DNA from: Oceanispirochaeta sp.
Lineage (GTDB): Bacteria; Spirochaetota; Spirochaetia; DSM-2461
NCBI GenBank assembly: GCA_963666275.2
Contig: CAXXOA010000001.1
Span: 1-64,000 of the forward strand
DNA length: 64,000 nucleotides
Reading direction: 5' to 3'
The notes beneath the pieces are model-generated. The model had not been told where the DNA came from. It did not search any database and saw only the letters and a list, made by a program, of their open reading frames with translations. The translations under genes and the position numbers were made by a program. Shown piece after piece: positions 55,162-64,000 of this stretch; position 1 is the stretch's first letter, and every line of letters begins with the position of its first letter.

Positions 55162-56826
55162 CTAAAACTGATTTGTGGTCAGGTACAGACCGGTTCTGCC
55201 TCCCCTGATGATCCGGGAGAGGATAAGAACAAACAGAGCTGTAATCACAATAAGGGAAAATGACATGACCGATGCCACTCCCAGGCGCATTATCTCTGTC
55301 TGGGCCAGTATCAGAACCGACATATGATTCCATCGGGCCGATATGAGAAAGATGATGGCACTGATGGCTGTCATACTTCGTATAAACGCGTAGGTGGCCC
55401 CGGCGAAAAAAGCCGGTCTGATCATGGGAATGGTGATCCGCCGGAGAATATAGGCGCTGTTCCCTCCCAGATTGGCCGCGGACTGGTCTATCTCCGGGGA
55501 AATCTGGCTTAACGCGGCGATGCCTCCTTCCACCCCGATGGGGAGATTCCGGAATACATACACAGCAATCAGGATAAAGGCTGTGCCCGAGAGCTTGAAG
55601 GGGCTGTGATTGAAGGCCAGCACATAGCTGATGCCCACCACTGTCCCGGGGATCGCATAGATCAGCAGGGACAGGTACTCGGGGATCCGCTTGCCCGGAA
55701 ATTTACCGTTGCGGCTCAGAAAGGCAATGAAAACCCCGAAAACCGCGGTGACCGGGGTGGAGACCAGCGCCAGGAGCAGGGTGTTCAGGAGGGTTTTGAA
55801 TCCCACATCATAGCTGTAGATAAAATGCTCCAGAGTCAGGGACCAGTCTTCTCCCCAGAGTTTGATAAAACTTCCGGCCATGATGGTTCCGTAGATCAGA
55901 AGGGTCAGGGCTGCCACAAGAGAGCAGAAGAGAAACAGCGCTGTTTTTATCTCTCTGCTCACAATATCACTGCTGTTCCGCCTGAAGTTTCCCGAAACAG
56001 TGACAAAATTCCGTCCTTTCAGTAAGCGCTTCTGAAAGATGAACACTCCCGTGGCGGGGAGTATCATCAGCAGGGCCAGGGCCGTCCCTCTCGTCAGATC
56101 TCCCATTCCCGTAAACTCCAGATAGGCCTGTACGGAGATCACGTTGAAGTCTCCCCCGATAATGATGGGATTGCCGAAATCCGTCAGGGATCCCACGAAT
56201 GTAAGGAGCCAGGAGGCTGTGAGCCCCGGAGTCATCAGTTTCAGGGTGATGGTCCGGAATACCCGCATTTTTCCGGCTCCCAGGTTCAGTCCTGCCGCCT
56301 CCAGATCCGGATTTATGCCCTGAACGATTCCCGAAAGGGTCAGGTAGGAGATGGGAAACAGGCCTATGGTCTGCACCAGCAGCAGCCCCTTCAGGCCGTA
56401 GATCTCCAGGTTGTCCAGGCCGAGCAGCCCCGCGGAGATCAGGCCGTTCCGTCCGAACAGCAGGATCGCCGACAGGGCGAACATGAAGGGCGGGGATATG
56501 AGGGGAAGGATGGCCATGGCCTGAAAAAGGCGCCGTCCCGGGATCAGCGCTTTATGGATCCCGTAGGAAAAAAGGAATCCTGTTATGGTAGCCAGGGTGG
56601 CGGTCAGCCCCCCCAGGAGAAGGCTGTTTGTCATGGCTCTCAGGTTCTGTGACTGATGAAAAACCTCTCTGTAGACGGCCAGACTGAAGTTCTGCCCCTC
56701 ATGTAGGGTGATCCTGACAGCCGAATAGAGAGGATAGAGGATAAAGAGGATCAGCAGCAGAAAGAGAAGGGCTCCTGCCGCCGGAAGGAGCAGATCCCTC
56801 CGGGGGGACCGGAATCTAATTCCCAT
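55162..56826 (-). CDS. Duplicated-domain ABC permease (AfuB/FbpB-like)
   Basis: SPPF, two EAA-like loops, DFGNP; start moved to MGIRF. Confidence 0.9.
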   Translation of the reverse strand: MGIRFRSPRRDLLLPAAGALLFLLLILFILYPLYSAVRITLHEGQNFSLAVYREVFHQSQNLRAMTNSLLLGGLTATLATITGFLFSYGIHKALIPGRRLFQAMAILPLISPPFMFALSAILLFGRNGLISAGLLGLDNLEIYGLKGLLLVQTIGLFPISYLTLSGIVQGINPDLEAAGLNLGAGKMRVFRTITLKLMTPGLTASWLLTFVGSLTDFGNPIIIGGDFNVISVQAYLEFTGMGDLTRGTALALLMILPATGVFIFQKRLLKGRNFVTVSGNFRRNSSDIVSREIKTALFLFCSLVAALTLLIYGTIMAGSFIKLWGEDWSLTLEHFIYSYDVGFKTLLNTLLLALVSTPVTAVFGVFIAFLSRNGKFPGKRIPEYLSLLIYAIPGTVVGISYVLAFNHSPFKLSGTAFILIAVYVFRNLPIGVEGGIAALSQISPEIDQSAANLGGNSAYILRRITIPMIRPAFFAGATYAFIRSMTAISAIIFLISARWNHMSVLILAQTEIMRLGVASVMSFSLIVITALFVLILSRIIRGGRTGLYLTTNQF

Positions 56827-57841
56827 CGCCGGATCCGATCGTTCTGTTCCACCGTTCCACGAGCCTCTGTTTATTGGCGGCGCTCCAAAGGTCATCCTGA
56901 AGAACCACATTCACATCTTCGATGGTAAAGGACTCGGATTCCGAGGGGGTCCTGTGAAAGGGAACCACATAGTGGGAGGCAAAAATTCTGGCCGCAGAAC
57001 CGCCCAGGGCCCAATTGAAGAGGGTCTCCGCCTGGGGCCGTTCACTCTCCGGTCCGTTTTTTATGAGGGATATAGAGGCAATCTCATACCCGGTTCCCTC
57101 CCGGGGAAAGGTTATCACCACAGGATAGCCCTCGTTTTTCAGGTACAGCGCATCATGGGTGTAGCCTATGGCAATGGCCACTTCTCCTATGCTCATATTT
57201 TTTCCCGGAGCCAGGCCGGAACGGGTGTAGTGGGTTATGTTTCTATCCAGTTCCTTCATGTAGGCAAAGGCTTCCTCTTCTCCGTAAATATGGATCAGGG
57301 TGGTGAGGATGCTGAAGGAGGTTCCCGAGGACCCGGGATTGGACATCTGGATATGGTTCCTGTATTCGGGACGGATCAGATCCTCCCAGGAATCCGGCGG
57401 CGACAACCCGTACTGGTCAAGCTTCTCCCTGTTGCTCTCAAAACAGAGCGGGCTGGCGTAGAGGCCCGTCCAGTAGTACTCGGGATCCCGGGAGTAGGGG
57501 AGGTCCGAACCGTTGGGAGAACGGAAAGGTTCGGTGAGCCCCTTGTTTTTGGCTTCTATATGGCCCAGACCGACCCCTCCGATCCAGAGGCTGGCATGGG
57601 GATTGCTCTGCTCCGTCTCCAGACGGGCCACACACTCTCCTGTGGACAGGCGTATCCAGTCCACCTGAATGCCAGTCTCTTTTGTAAAGGCTTTGAAGAG
57701 TTTCCTTGCCAGTTCCTCATCCAGGGTGGTATAGGCTGTGACCCTTTCGGGACGGGAGCAGCCTGAAAGGAAGAGAGTCAGAAGGATCACCGCAGCAAGG
57801 AGATGCCAGGGCCGGAATGCGGATGTCTCAGTATTTCGCAA
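56816..57841 (-). CDS. AfuA-like substrate-binding lipoprotein
   Basis: Lipobox LSGC; NPGSSGT, YTRSG, HD, GTGYE motifs. Confidence 0.85.
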   Translation of the reverse strand: MRNTETSAFRPWHLLAAVILLTLFLSGCSRPERVTAYTTLDEELARKLFKAFTKETGIQVDWIRLSTGECVARLETEQSNPHASLWIGGVGLGHIEAKNKGLTEPFRSPNGSDLPYSRDPEYYWTGLYASPLCFESNREKLDQYGLSPPDSWEDLIRPEYRNHIQMSNPGSSGTSFSILTTLIHIYGEEEAFAYMKELDRNITHYTRSGLAPGKNMSIGEVAIAIGYTHDALYLKNEGYPVVITFPREGTGYEIASISLIKNGPESERPQAETLFNWALGGSAARIFASHYVVPFHRTPSESESFTIEDVNVVLQDDLWSAANKQRLVERWNRTIGSGDGN

Positions 57842-58511
57842 GCTTATAGCCTCTCCCTCTTTCGGTCAGAAGATAGACCGGTTCCGACGGGTCGGGTTCG
57901 ATCTTTTTTCTCAGTCGCCGGACATTGACTTTTACCATCTCCCGGCCCCCTTCCCAGTCTTCATACCCCCAGACCTCCCGGAGCAGGACCTGCCAGGACA
58001 TGACCCAGTCGATCTTACGGCCCAGAACTTCGAGGAGCCTGAATTCCATGGGCGTCAGCTTGATCTCCCGGGAAGAGAAAAAGACCTCTTCCCTGTCCGG
58101 ATCGATAGAAAGCTCTCCTGTTCTGATAACAGAGTGCTCTTCCGTATGATAGGAACGGACCAGAAGTTTTTTGACCCGCAGAGTCAGTTCCTTATGGTTG
58201 AAGGGTTTTCTTATGTAGTCTTCCGCACCAATCTCCAGACCCGAGATAACATCGCTGTCCTTGTCCCGGCAGCTGAGGATGATCACAGGAATATGTTCCG
58301 AGATCTTGATCCTGTTGCAGACTTCCAGTCCGTTGATTCCCGGAAGATTGATATCCAGAAGAACCAGGTCCACTTTCTCTTTTCTGAGCAGCGAGAGCCC
58401 GTCTTCTCCCGAAAGAGCCGAAAGGACCCGGTAGCCCTCATCTTTCATGAGAAATTCCAGAATCCGGACCAGATGGAGATCGTCTTCAATGATCAGTATG
58501 GTTTGTTCCAG
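57828..58511 (-). CDS. OmpR/PhoB-family response regulator, predicted CTG start
   Basis: IIEDD acidic pocket lies upstream of the first ATG; LLDINLP, KPF, wHTH VNVRRLRKKIE...RGRGY. Confidence 0.88.
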   Translation of the reverse strand: MEQTILIIEDDLHLVRILEFLMKDEGYRVLSALSGEDGLSLLRKEKVDLVLLDINLPGINGLEVCNRIKISEHIPVIILSCRDKDSDVISGLEIGAEDYIRKPFNHKELTLRVKKLLVRSYHTEEHSVIRTGELSIDPDREEVFFSSREIKLTPMEFRLLEVLGRKIDWVMSWQVLLREVWGYEDWEGGREMVKVNVRRLRKKIEPDPSEPVYLLTERGRGYKLAKY

Positions 58512-59688
58512 AAAAAACTCCTTTGTATCGGGGGAGAGTGAATGATACGGTGGTACCGCTCCCCGGCAGAGAGCTGATATAGACCTCTCCCTTATGCTTT
58601 TTTATGATATCCCTCACAATTGTAAGCCCCAGGCCGGCCCCTTCGTTCTGATCCCGGCCGGGATCGCTGGACTGATAGAACTCGTTGAATACATGGGGTA
58701 TCTCTTTTTTTTCAATCCCGCTGCCCCTGTCGTGAACCGAGACCACCAGGCACTGCTCGTTCTCCTGAAGCTGAACCGTAATTTCAGAACCTTCCGTGCT
58801 GTTCTTGCTGCCGTTATGGATCAGGTTCAGCAGGACCTGTTCCAGCCAGCGGCGGTCTCCCAGTGTCTTTGAAAGGAGAGAGGGATAGTTGTATCTGAGA
58901 GTCTGTTTTTTCGAATCCAGAAAGGGTTTGATGTCGACCGCTGTCTTCCGGATGATTTTTCTCAGATCCAGAGGCTGCCGTTTCATGTCAAACCAGGCGA
59001 ATTCCACCTTTACCTGGGAGAGGATATTCTCCACCAGGTCATTGAGCCTTTTGGTGTTTTCCAGGGAGGAGGAGACAAGGGCCTTCTGGGTACTGTTCAG
59101 CGGCCCCGGTCTCTCTTCCATGACAAGTTCGTTGGAGGTCCGTATGACCGCCAGAGGGGTTCTCAGTTCGTGAGTCAGGGTGGAAAGGAGTTTGTTCTTG
59201 TTGTCCACAAGGTTCTTCATGTATTCATAGGCCCTGCGGGTTTCCTGGGCTTTGATTCCCACCATTTTCACAAGGAGAAAGATGCCTCCCCCCAGGGGGG
59301 GCAGGAAGAGCAGTTCCCTGCAGGTTCCTCTTATCAGAGCCCCTGTTGTCATGGTCAGCACGGCGAAAGAGAGGAAGAGTCCCGTAATCAGCCGGGGACG
59401 CTCGTTAAGAACAAGCTGTACCGCATACAGGCAGAGGAAGGGGAGGAGCAGAAAAGGGGATGTAAAGAGAAGCATCAGGTCCAGCAGGACGAGCTCGGAG
59501 ATCATCAGAACAGGATTTTCAAAAATATGCTCCCGGGAGGAGCTCAGACCGTAGGCATAGAAAAGGACTATCAGGGAGAAGGCCGTACAGATCCCCCATA
59601 ATGCGTGTACCGGCTCCTCTCGGGTGAAAAGATCCATGACCGCTGTCAGGAGTAGCATTAGGGATGTGAATAGTCTTGTTTTTTTCAC
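58486..59688 (-). CDS. Intramembrane-sensing histidine kinase
   Basis: Multi-TM N-terminus without a periplasmic domain; THELRTPL, N box, DRGSGI, GAGLGL. Confidence 0.9.
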   Translation of the reverse strand: MKKTRLFTSLMLLLTAVMDLFTREEPVHALWGICTAFSLIVLFYAYGLSSSREHIFENPVLMISELVLLDLMLLFTSPFLLLPFLCLYAVQLVLNERPRLITGLFLSFAVLTMTTGALIRGTCRELLFLPPLGGGIFLLVKMVGIKAQETRRAYEYMKNLVDNKNKLLSTLTHELRTPLAVIRTSNELVMEERPGPLNSTQKALVSSSLENTKRLNDLVENILSQVKVEFAWFDMKRQPLDLRKIIRKTAVDIKPFLDSKKQTLRYNYPSLLSKTLGDRRWLEQVLLNLIHNGSKNSTEGSEITVQLQENEQCLVVSVHDRGSGIEKKEIPHVFNEFYQSSDPGRDQNEGAGLGLTIVRDIIKKHKGEVYISSLPGSGTTVSFTLPRYKGVFSGTNHTDH

Positions 59689-59836
59689 GGGAGTTCTTGA
59701 TCTCCGGGGACTTCAGGTGCTCTGTACTGCTTCTTCCATTGTACTCCAATTCGGGAATATGTCTATAAAAAACCCCGATGATCCCGGCTTCCCCGTGACA
59801 AATGGACAAATATGCACGGATCAATAAAAAACGCAA

Positions 59837-59875
59837 GTTACAAAATGGTTACAGTTGCGTAACAGTTCGGTAACA
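59837..59875 (+). promoter_or_regulatory. Four GTWACA direct repeats at 11-bp pitch (OmpR-type operator)
   Basis: GTTACA 59837, GTTACA 59848, GTAACA 59859, GTAACA 59870. Confidence 0.8.
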
Positions 59876-59953
59876 ATCCCCGGACTGAGGTTTTCAACTG
59901 CCCGGTCCGGGCTTAGAGTAGAATCATACAAAGACTCAAAGGAGATATCAAAA

Positions 59954-60994
59954 ATGTTAAAAAAATCCCTTCTTCTTGCTGTCGTACTGGTTTCTTGTAC
60001 CGGTATGATCTTTGCAAGCGGTTCTCAGGACGGAGGAGCTGAAGACAAAGGAAGCCTGGTGTTCTATGCGGGACTTCAGGAAGATCACGCTGCCATGATC
60101 GCAGAGGAATTTGAAGCCCAGACAGGCATTAAAACGGAATTCGTCCGTATGAGCAGCGGAGAAATCCTTGCCAGACTGAAAGCGGAAAAAGATAATATGA
60201 CTGCCTCTGTATGGTACGGCGGACCCGTAGACGGTATCGTTGCAGCCAATGAGGAAGGCATCATTGAACCCTATGTTTCTCCCGAAGCTGTGAATATCCG
60301 GGAAGGTTTCAAGGAACCCGGCGGAATCTGGACCGGTATCTATATCGGTTATCTGGGATTCGTCGGAAACAAAGCCATTCTGGAAGAGAAAGGCCTTGAA
60401 ATGCCCACTTCCTGGGCGGACTTTCTGAAACCCGAATACAATCAGGAAATTGTCGTGGCACATCCCGGTTCCTCCGGAACAGCCTATACCATGCTGGCCA
60501 CACTGGTTCAGATGATGGGTGAAGATGAGGCCATGGAATACTTCAAAAAATTCAGTCCCCAGGTACGGCAGTACACCAAATCCGGAACTGCTCCCGGTAG
60601 AATGGCGGGACTGGGCGAAACCACCGTGGGGATCACATTCCTTCACGATGCCATCAAATACAAAAAAGAAGGATATGAGGACATCGTCATTTCTGCTCCC
60701 GCAGAGGGAACCGGATACGAAATCGGCGGTGTTGCCCTTCTGAAAAACGGCCCCGACCAGGAAAATGCCAAGAAATTCATCGACTGGGTTCTGACCAAAG
60801 AGGTTCAGGAAATGGGCAAAACCGTAGGATCCTTCCAGTTCCTTACCAATAAAGATGCCATGCCTCCCGAAGAAGCCATGCCTATCAGAGATACCAAGCT
60901 GATCGACTATGACTTTCAGTGGGCCGGTGAAAACAAAAGACGGCTTGTTGAGCGTTTCAGCCAGGAAACTTCTACAACCGCACCGACTGAATAA
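59954..60994 (+). CDS. AfuA-like sugar-phosphate ABC substrate-binding protein
   Basis: HPGSSGTAY, QYTKSG, FLHD, GTGYEIGG; AAGGAG SD before MLKKS. Confidence 0.88.
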   Translation: MLKKSLLLAVVLVSCTGMIFASGSQDGGAEDKGSLVFYAGLQEDHAAMIAEEFEAQTGIKTEFVRMSSGEILARLKAEKDNMTASVWYGGPVDGIVAANEEGIIEPYVSPEAVNIREGFKEPGGIWTGIYIGYLGFVGNKAILEEKGLEMPTSWADFLKPEYNQEIVVAHPGSSGTAYTMLATLVQMMGEDEAMEYFKKFSPQVRQYTKSGTAPGRMAGLGETTVGITFLHDAIKYKKEGYEDIVISAPAEGTGYEIGGVALLKNGPDQENAKKFIDWVLTKEVQEMGKTVGSFQFLTNKDAMPPEEAMPIRDTKLIDYDFQWAGENKRRLVERFSQETSTTAPTE

Positions 60995-61005
60995 TCTTTC
61001 ATAAA

Positions 61006-61033
61006 AGGGGGCTGCTCCCACGGGGCAGCCCCT
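61006..61033 (+). repeat. Intercistronic hairpin after the SBP gene
   Basis: GGGGCTGC...GCAGCCCC inverted repeat. Confidence 0.65.
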
Positions 61034-61064
61034 CTGTTTCCGGTTATTTGAAATAGGAGCTTCC

Positions 61065-62765
61065 ATGACCAATACAAAAAGACTGAAGTTCCAGAGTAAT
61101 CTTAAAACACTGATTAATCTTAAAAATGATCCCGCCCTGCTGGCGGTCATTTTGTTTACTCTGGCTCTTGTTACTTTTTTTATACTCATCCCCCTCTACA
61201 ACGTATTGATTGAAAGTTTTACCACCGATTCGGGGAGCACTTTCGGAAATTACAAAGCTGTATTCTCTATGCACGGGAATTTTAAAATCCTCGTCAACAC
61301 AATCATGCTGGGAATCGTCACAGCTGTTATCTCTGTTGTGGTCGGCTTTATTTTTGCCTACGTCACAACCTATATGCGTATCCGTTTCAAGAGGATATTT
61401 GATTTTATAGCTATACTGCCTATTATCTCTCCCCCCTTTGTGGTTGCTCTTTCGGCAATCCTGCTCTTCGGCCGGGTGGGACTGATTACAAGAGGGCTTT
61501 TCGGAATTCGCGATGCTGAAATCTACGGCTTTCACGGACTGGTTCTGGTCCAGTCGCTGAGCTTTTTTCCGATCGCCTATATGATGCTGGTGGCTCTGCT
61601 GCAGCGGATTGATCCCTCTGTGGAGGAAGCCTCCCGGGACCTCGGGGCCTCCCGTTTCCGGGTTTTCACCTCTGTCACACTGCCCCTCATGGTTCCCGGC
61701 CTGGCCAACGCCTTCCTTCTTGTTTTTATCCAGTCCATTGCGGATTTTGCCAACCCCGTTGTTATCGGCGGCAATTTCACAACCGTGGCTGTAAAGATCT
61801 ATCAGGAAGGAATCGGTAATTACCAGTTCGGTATCGCCACGGCTCTGGCCATGATTCTGCTGACCATATCCATTACGATCTTTGTCCTGCAGAAGTATTA
61901 TGTCAGTCAGAAGTCCTATGTGACCGTGACTGGTAAGGTATCCCGTCACAGGGATCTGATCGATTCTCCCCGGATCGTGGTTCCCTCAACGATCATTCTG
62001 CTGATATTCACTGTGTTTGTTATTATGATGTATATCCTGATTCCCATCGGTTCCTTTGTGAAACTCTGGGGAGTCAACTATACACCCACGCTGGAACACT
62101 ACCGCTACGTGTTCAAACCCAAGCTGTTCCAGCCGGTACTGACTACCTCGTCTCTGGCTCTGATCGCCACTCCCGTTTCGGGATTCCTGGCCATGCTGAT
62201 TGCCTTCCTTATTGTGAGAAAGAAATTTTTCGGTAAATCCTTTATAGAGTTTACCACCATCATGGCTCTTGCTATCCCGGGAACCATCATCGGTCTGGGA
62301 TATGTTATAAGCTATAACAAAACCTACGGGATCGGAGGGCTGACAATCATTCCTCCCATTACGGGAACGGCCTTTATCATTATAATGGCCTTTATAATAA
62401 GGAGCCTCCCTGTGGGGGTCCGTTCGGGGATTACCTCGCTGCAGCAGATTGATCCGTCCATTGAGGAAGCGGCCAGTGTCCTGGGAGCCTCCAGCAGGAA
62501 AGTTTTTACAAGCATTACAATTCCCATGATTAAAAATGCCTTTCTCAACGGTCTGATCTTTACATTCGCTCGCAGTATGACTCTGGTCAGTACGGTTATT
62601 TTTCTCATTTCCGCCCGGTACAAGCTTCTGACCACTACCATTATGGCCCAGATTGATGTGGGGAAAATGGGCGTGGCTTCGGCCTACTGTACGATCCTGA
62701 TCATTATTGTCAGCGCTGCCATGCTGATAATCAAACTTCTGGTAAAAAACATCAGTGCCGAGTAA
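61065..62765 (+). CDS. AfuB/FbpB-like ABC permease
   Basis: ISPPF, EEASRDLGA, EEAASVLGA. Confidence 0.92.
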   Translation: MTNTKRLKFQSNLKTLINLKNDPALLAVILFTLALVTFFILIPLYNVLIESFTTDSGSTFGNYKAVFSMHGNFKILVNTIMLGIVTAVISVVVGFIFAYVTTYMRIRFKRIFDFIAILPIISPPFVVALSAILLFGRVGLITRGLFGIRDAEIYGFHGLVLVQSLSFFPIAYMMLVALLQRIDPSVEEASRDLGASRFRVFTSVTLPLMVPGLANAFLLVFIQSIADFANPVVIGGNFTTVAVKIYQEGIGNYQFGIATALAMILLTISITIFVLQKYYVSQKSYVTVTGKVSRHRDLIDSPRIVVPSTIILLIFTVFVIMMYILIPIGSFVKLWGVNYTPTLEHYRYVFKPKLFQPVLTTSSLALIATPVSGFLAMLIAFLIVRKKFFGKSFIEFTTIMALAIPGTIIGLGYVISYNKTYGIGGLTIIPPITGTAFIIIMAFIIRSLPVGVRSGITSLQQIDPSIEEAASVLGASSRKVFTSITIPMIKNAFLNGLIFTFARSMTLVSTVIFLISARYKLLTTTIMAQIDVGKMGVASAYCTILIIIVSAAMLIIKLLVKNISAE

Positions 62766-62818
62766 ACCTGTAAGGGGAATGGGATGCCTGTTCCCCTGCG
62801 GCATCAAGGAGAACATTC

Positions 62819-63895
62819 ATGAATGAAAAAATAAAAGTGGAACTTCGCAACCTGACTAAAACTTTTGTGACCAACAAAAACGATCAGGTCAAAGCAGTAG
62901 ACAATATTAATCTGACAATCAATCCGGGAGAGTTCGTCTGTCTTCTGGGGCCTTCGGGATGCGGAAAAACCACAACCCTGAGGATGCTGGCGGGATTTGA
63001 AATTCCCACTTCCGGCGAGATCCTGATCGGGGATAAGAACGTGGCCAATCTGACCCCCGACAAAAGGGACACGGCCATGGTCTTTCAGAACTACGCCCTG
63101 TTTCCCCATATGAACGTGTATGACAACATCGCCTATGGGCTGAAGCTGCAGAAACTCCCTAAAAAGGAGATTGAGAGCCGGGTGGACAAGATCCTGGGGC
63201 TTATGAAAATGGAGGATTTCACCCATCGTGTTCCTTCGGAAATGTCAGGAGGACAGCAGCAGAGAGTCTCTCTGGCCAGAGCGCTGATTATGGAGTCGGG
63301 AGTCCTTCTCTTTGACGAGCCTCTGTCCAATCTGGATGCCAAACTGAGGATTCACATGAGAGATGAAATCCGGAAAATCCAGAAACAGGTCGGCATCTCC
63401 TCCATCTATGTGACCCATGACCAGGAAGAGGCCATGGGCCTGTCGGATAAAATCGTGATCATGAAGGACGGCGCCATACAGCAGGTGGGATCTCCCAGGG
63501 AGATCTATCAGAAACCTGTGAACGAGTTCGTGGCCCAGTTTATAGGCCGGGCCAATATTGTGGAGGGGAAAATCGTCGGAGAAAACGATGGAACCGTACA
63601 GCTGGATGTACACGGCGTTGTGTATGAAACAGAAAAAACCACCGGACATTCCGTGGGGGATGCCGTGAAATTCATGATCCGTCCCGAGTCTTTCCTTATC
63701 GGCGGAGGGGATTTCAGAGTGCCCGTGACAAAGAGCGTTTTTATGGGATCCCATCATGAATATGAGGTTGAACTCATGGGGAAGGTCTTTGAAATTTCTG
63801 AAAACAATCCCATGAGAAAAGAGGTCGTGGATGTGGGAGAAGAGCTTTCATTCTCTATGGATCCCAACTCCATTCATATTCTTGAGGAGTCCTGA
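62819..63895 (+). CDS. AfuC/FbpC-like ABC ATPase
   Basis: GPSGCGKT, MSGGQQQR, DEPLSNLD. Confidence 0.93.
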   Translation: MNEKIKVELRNLTKTFVTNKNDQVKAVDNINLTINPGEFVCLLGPSGCGKTTTLRMLAGFEIPTSGEILIGDKNVANLTPDKRDTAMVFQNYALFPHMNVYDNIAYGLKLQKLPKKEIESRVDKILGLMKMEDFTHRVPSEMSGGQQQRVSLARALIMESGVLLFDEPLSNLDAKLRIHMRDEIRKIQKQVGISSIYVTHDQEEAMGLSDKIVIMKDGAIQQVGSPREIYQKPVNEFVAQFIGRANIVEGKIVGENDGTVQLDVHGVVYETEKTTGHSVGDAVKFMIRPESFLIGGGDFRVPVTKSVFMGSHHEYEVELMGKVFEISENNPMRKEVVDVGEELSFSMDPNSIHILEES

Positions 63896-63926
63896 GGTTT
63901 TTGTGTTTTCCGGTTGAATTATCCTG

Positions 63927-63957
63927 ATCCCCTCTTTTTCTGAGGGGATTATTTTTC
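63927..63957 (+). terminator. Intrinsic terminator
   Basis: ATCCCCTC-loop-GAGGGGAT followed by TATTTTT. Confidence 0.75.
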
Positions 63958-64000
63958 TTTCATAAAAAGAAATACTATGCTCTGTGCCTCTTTCTTCCGG

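Noticed and set aside
59957..61189. 410-aa minus-strand ORF and similar long antisense ORFs (28250-29410, 41347-42402)
   Set aside because: Shadow frames of well-supported genes with biased codon use
54067..63895. Annotation as ferric-iron (Fbp) transporters
   Set aside because: The SBPs lack the tandem Tyr iron ligands and carry AfuA-type sugar-phosphate motifs

Overview
Chromosomal window from a free-living, probably anaerobic spirochaete (Spirochaetaceae-like 16S; organism inferred, not searched). It starts with two head-to-tail rRNA operons (partial 23S-5S, then a full 16S-23S-5S with a tRNA-less ITS) and a complete IS66 element (17-bp perfect TIRs, no target duplication) sitting between the apparent SD and start codon of a YesM-like kinase. 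Next come an amino-sugar utilisation locus, c-di-GMP and two-component signalling genes, an FMN-binding flavocytochrome-type reductase lipoprotein, an MMPL/LolA-like/outer-membrane trio, a GH3 glucosidase, KtrAB, and two divergent AfuABC-like sugar-phosphate ABC systems flanking an OmpR-type two-component system. The best candidate for an undescribed system is a tightly coupled seven-gene operon at 43356-51173: a double-domain U32 Fe-S hydroxylase, a class III PLP aminotransferase, MqnL/UbiD-like decarboxylase, MqnP/UbiA-like prenyltransferase and an ABC importer. It looks like an O2-independent route to a prenylated aromatic or quinone from an imported precursor, with an amination or deamination step that I do not know from the canonical ubi, men or mqn pathways. 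Other signals: a CTG-initiated response regulator, a four-copy 11-bp-phased operator, compensatory 5S alleles, a pseudo-HPt domain and candidate leaderless mRNAs. All functional calls come from motif recognition only; no database searches were run.
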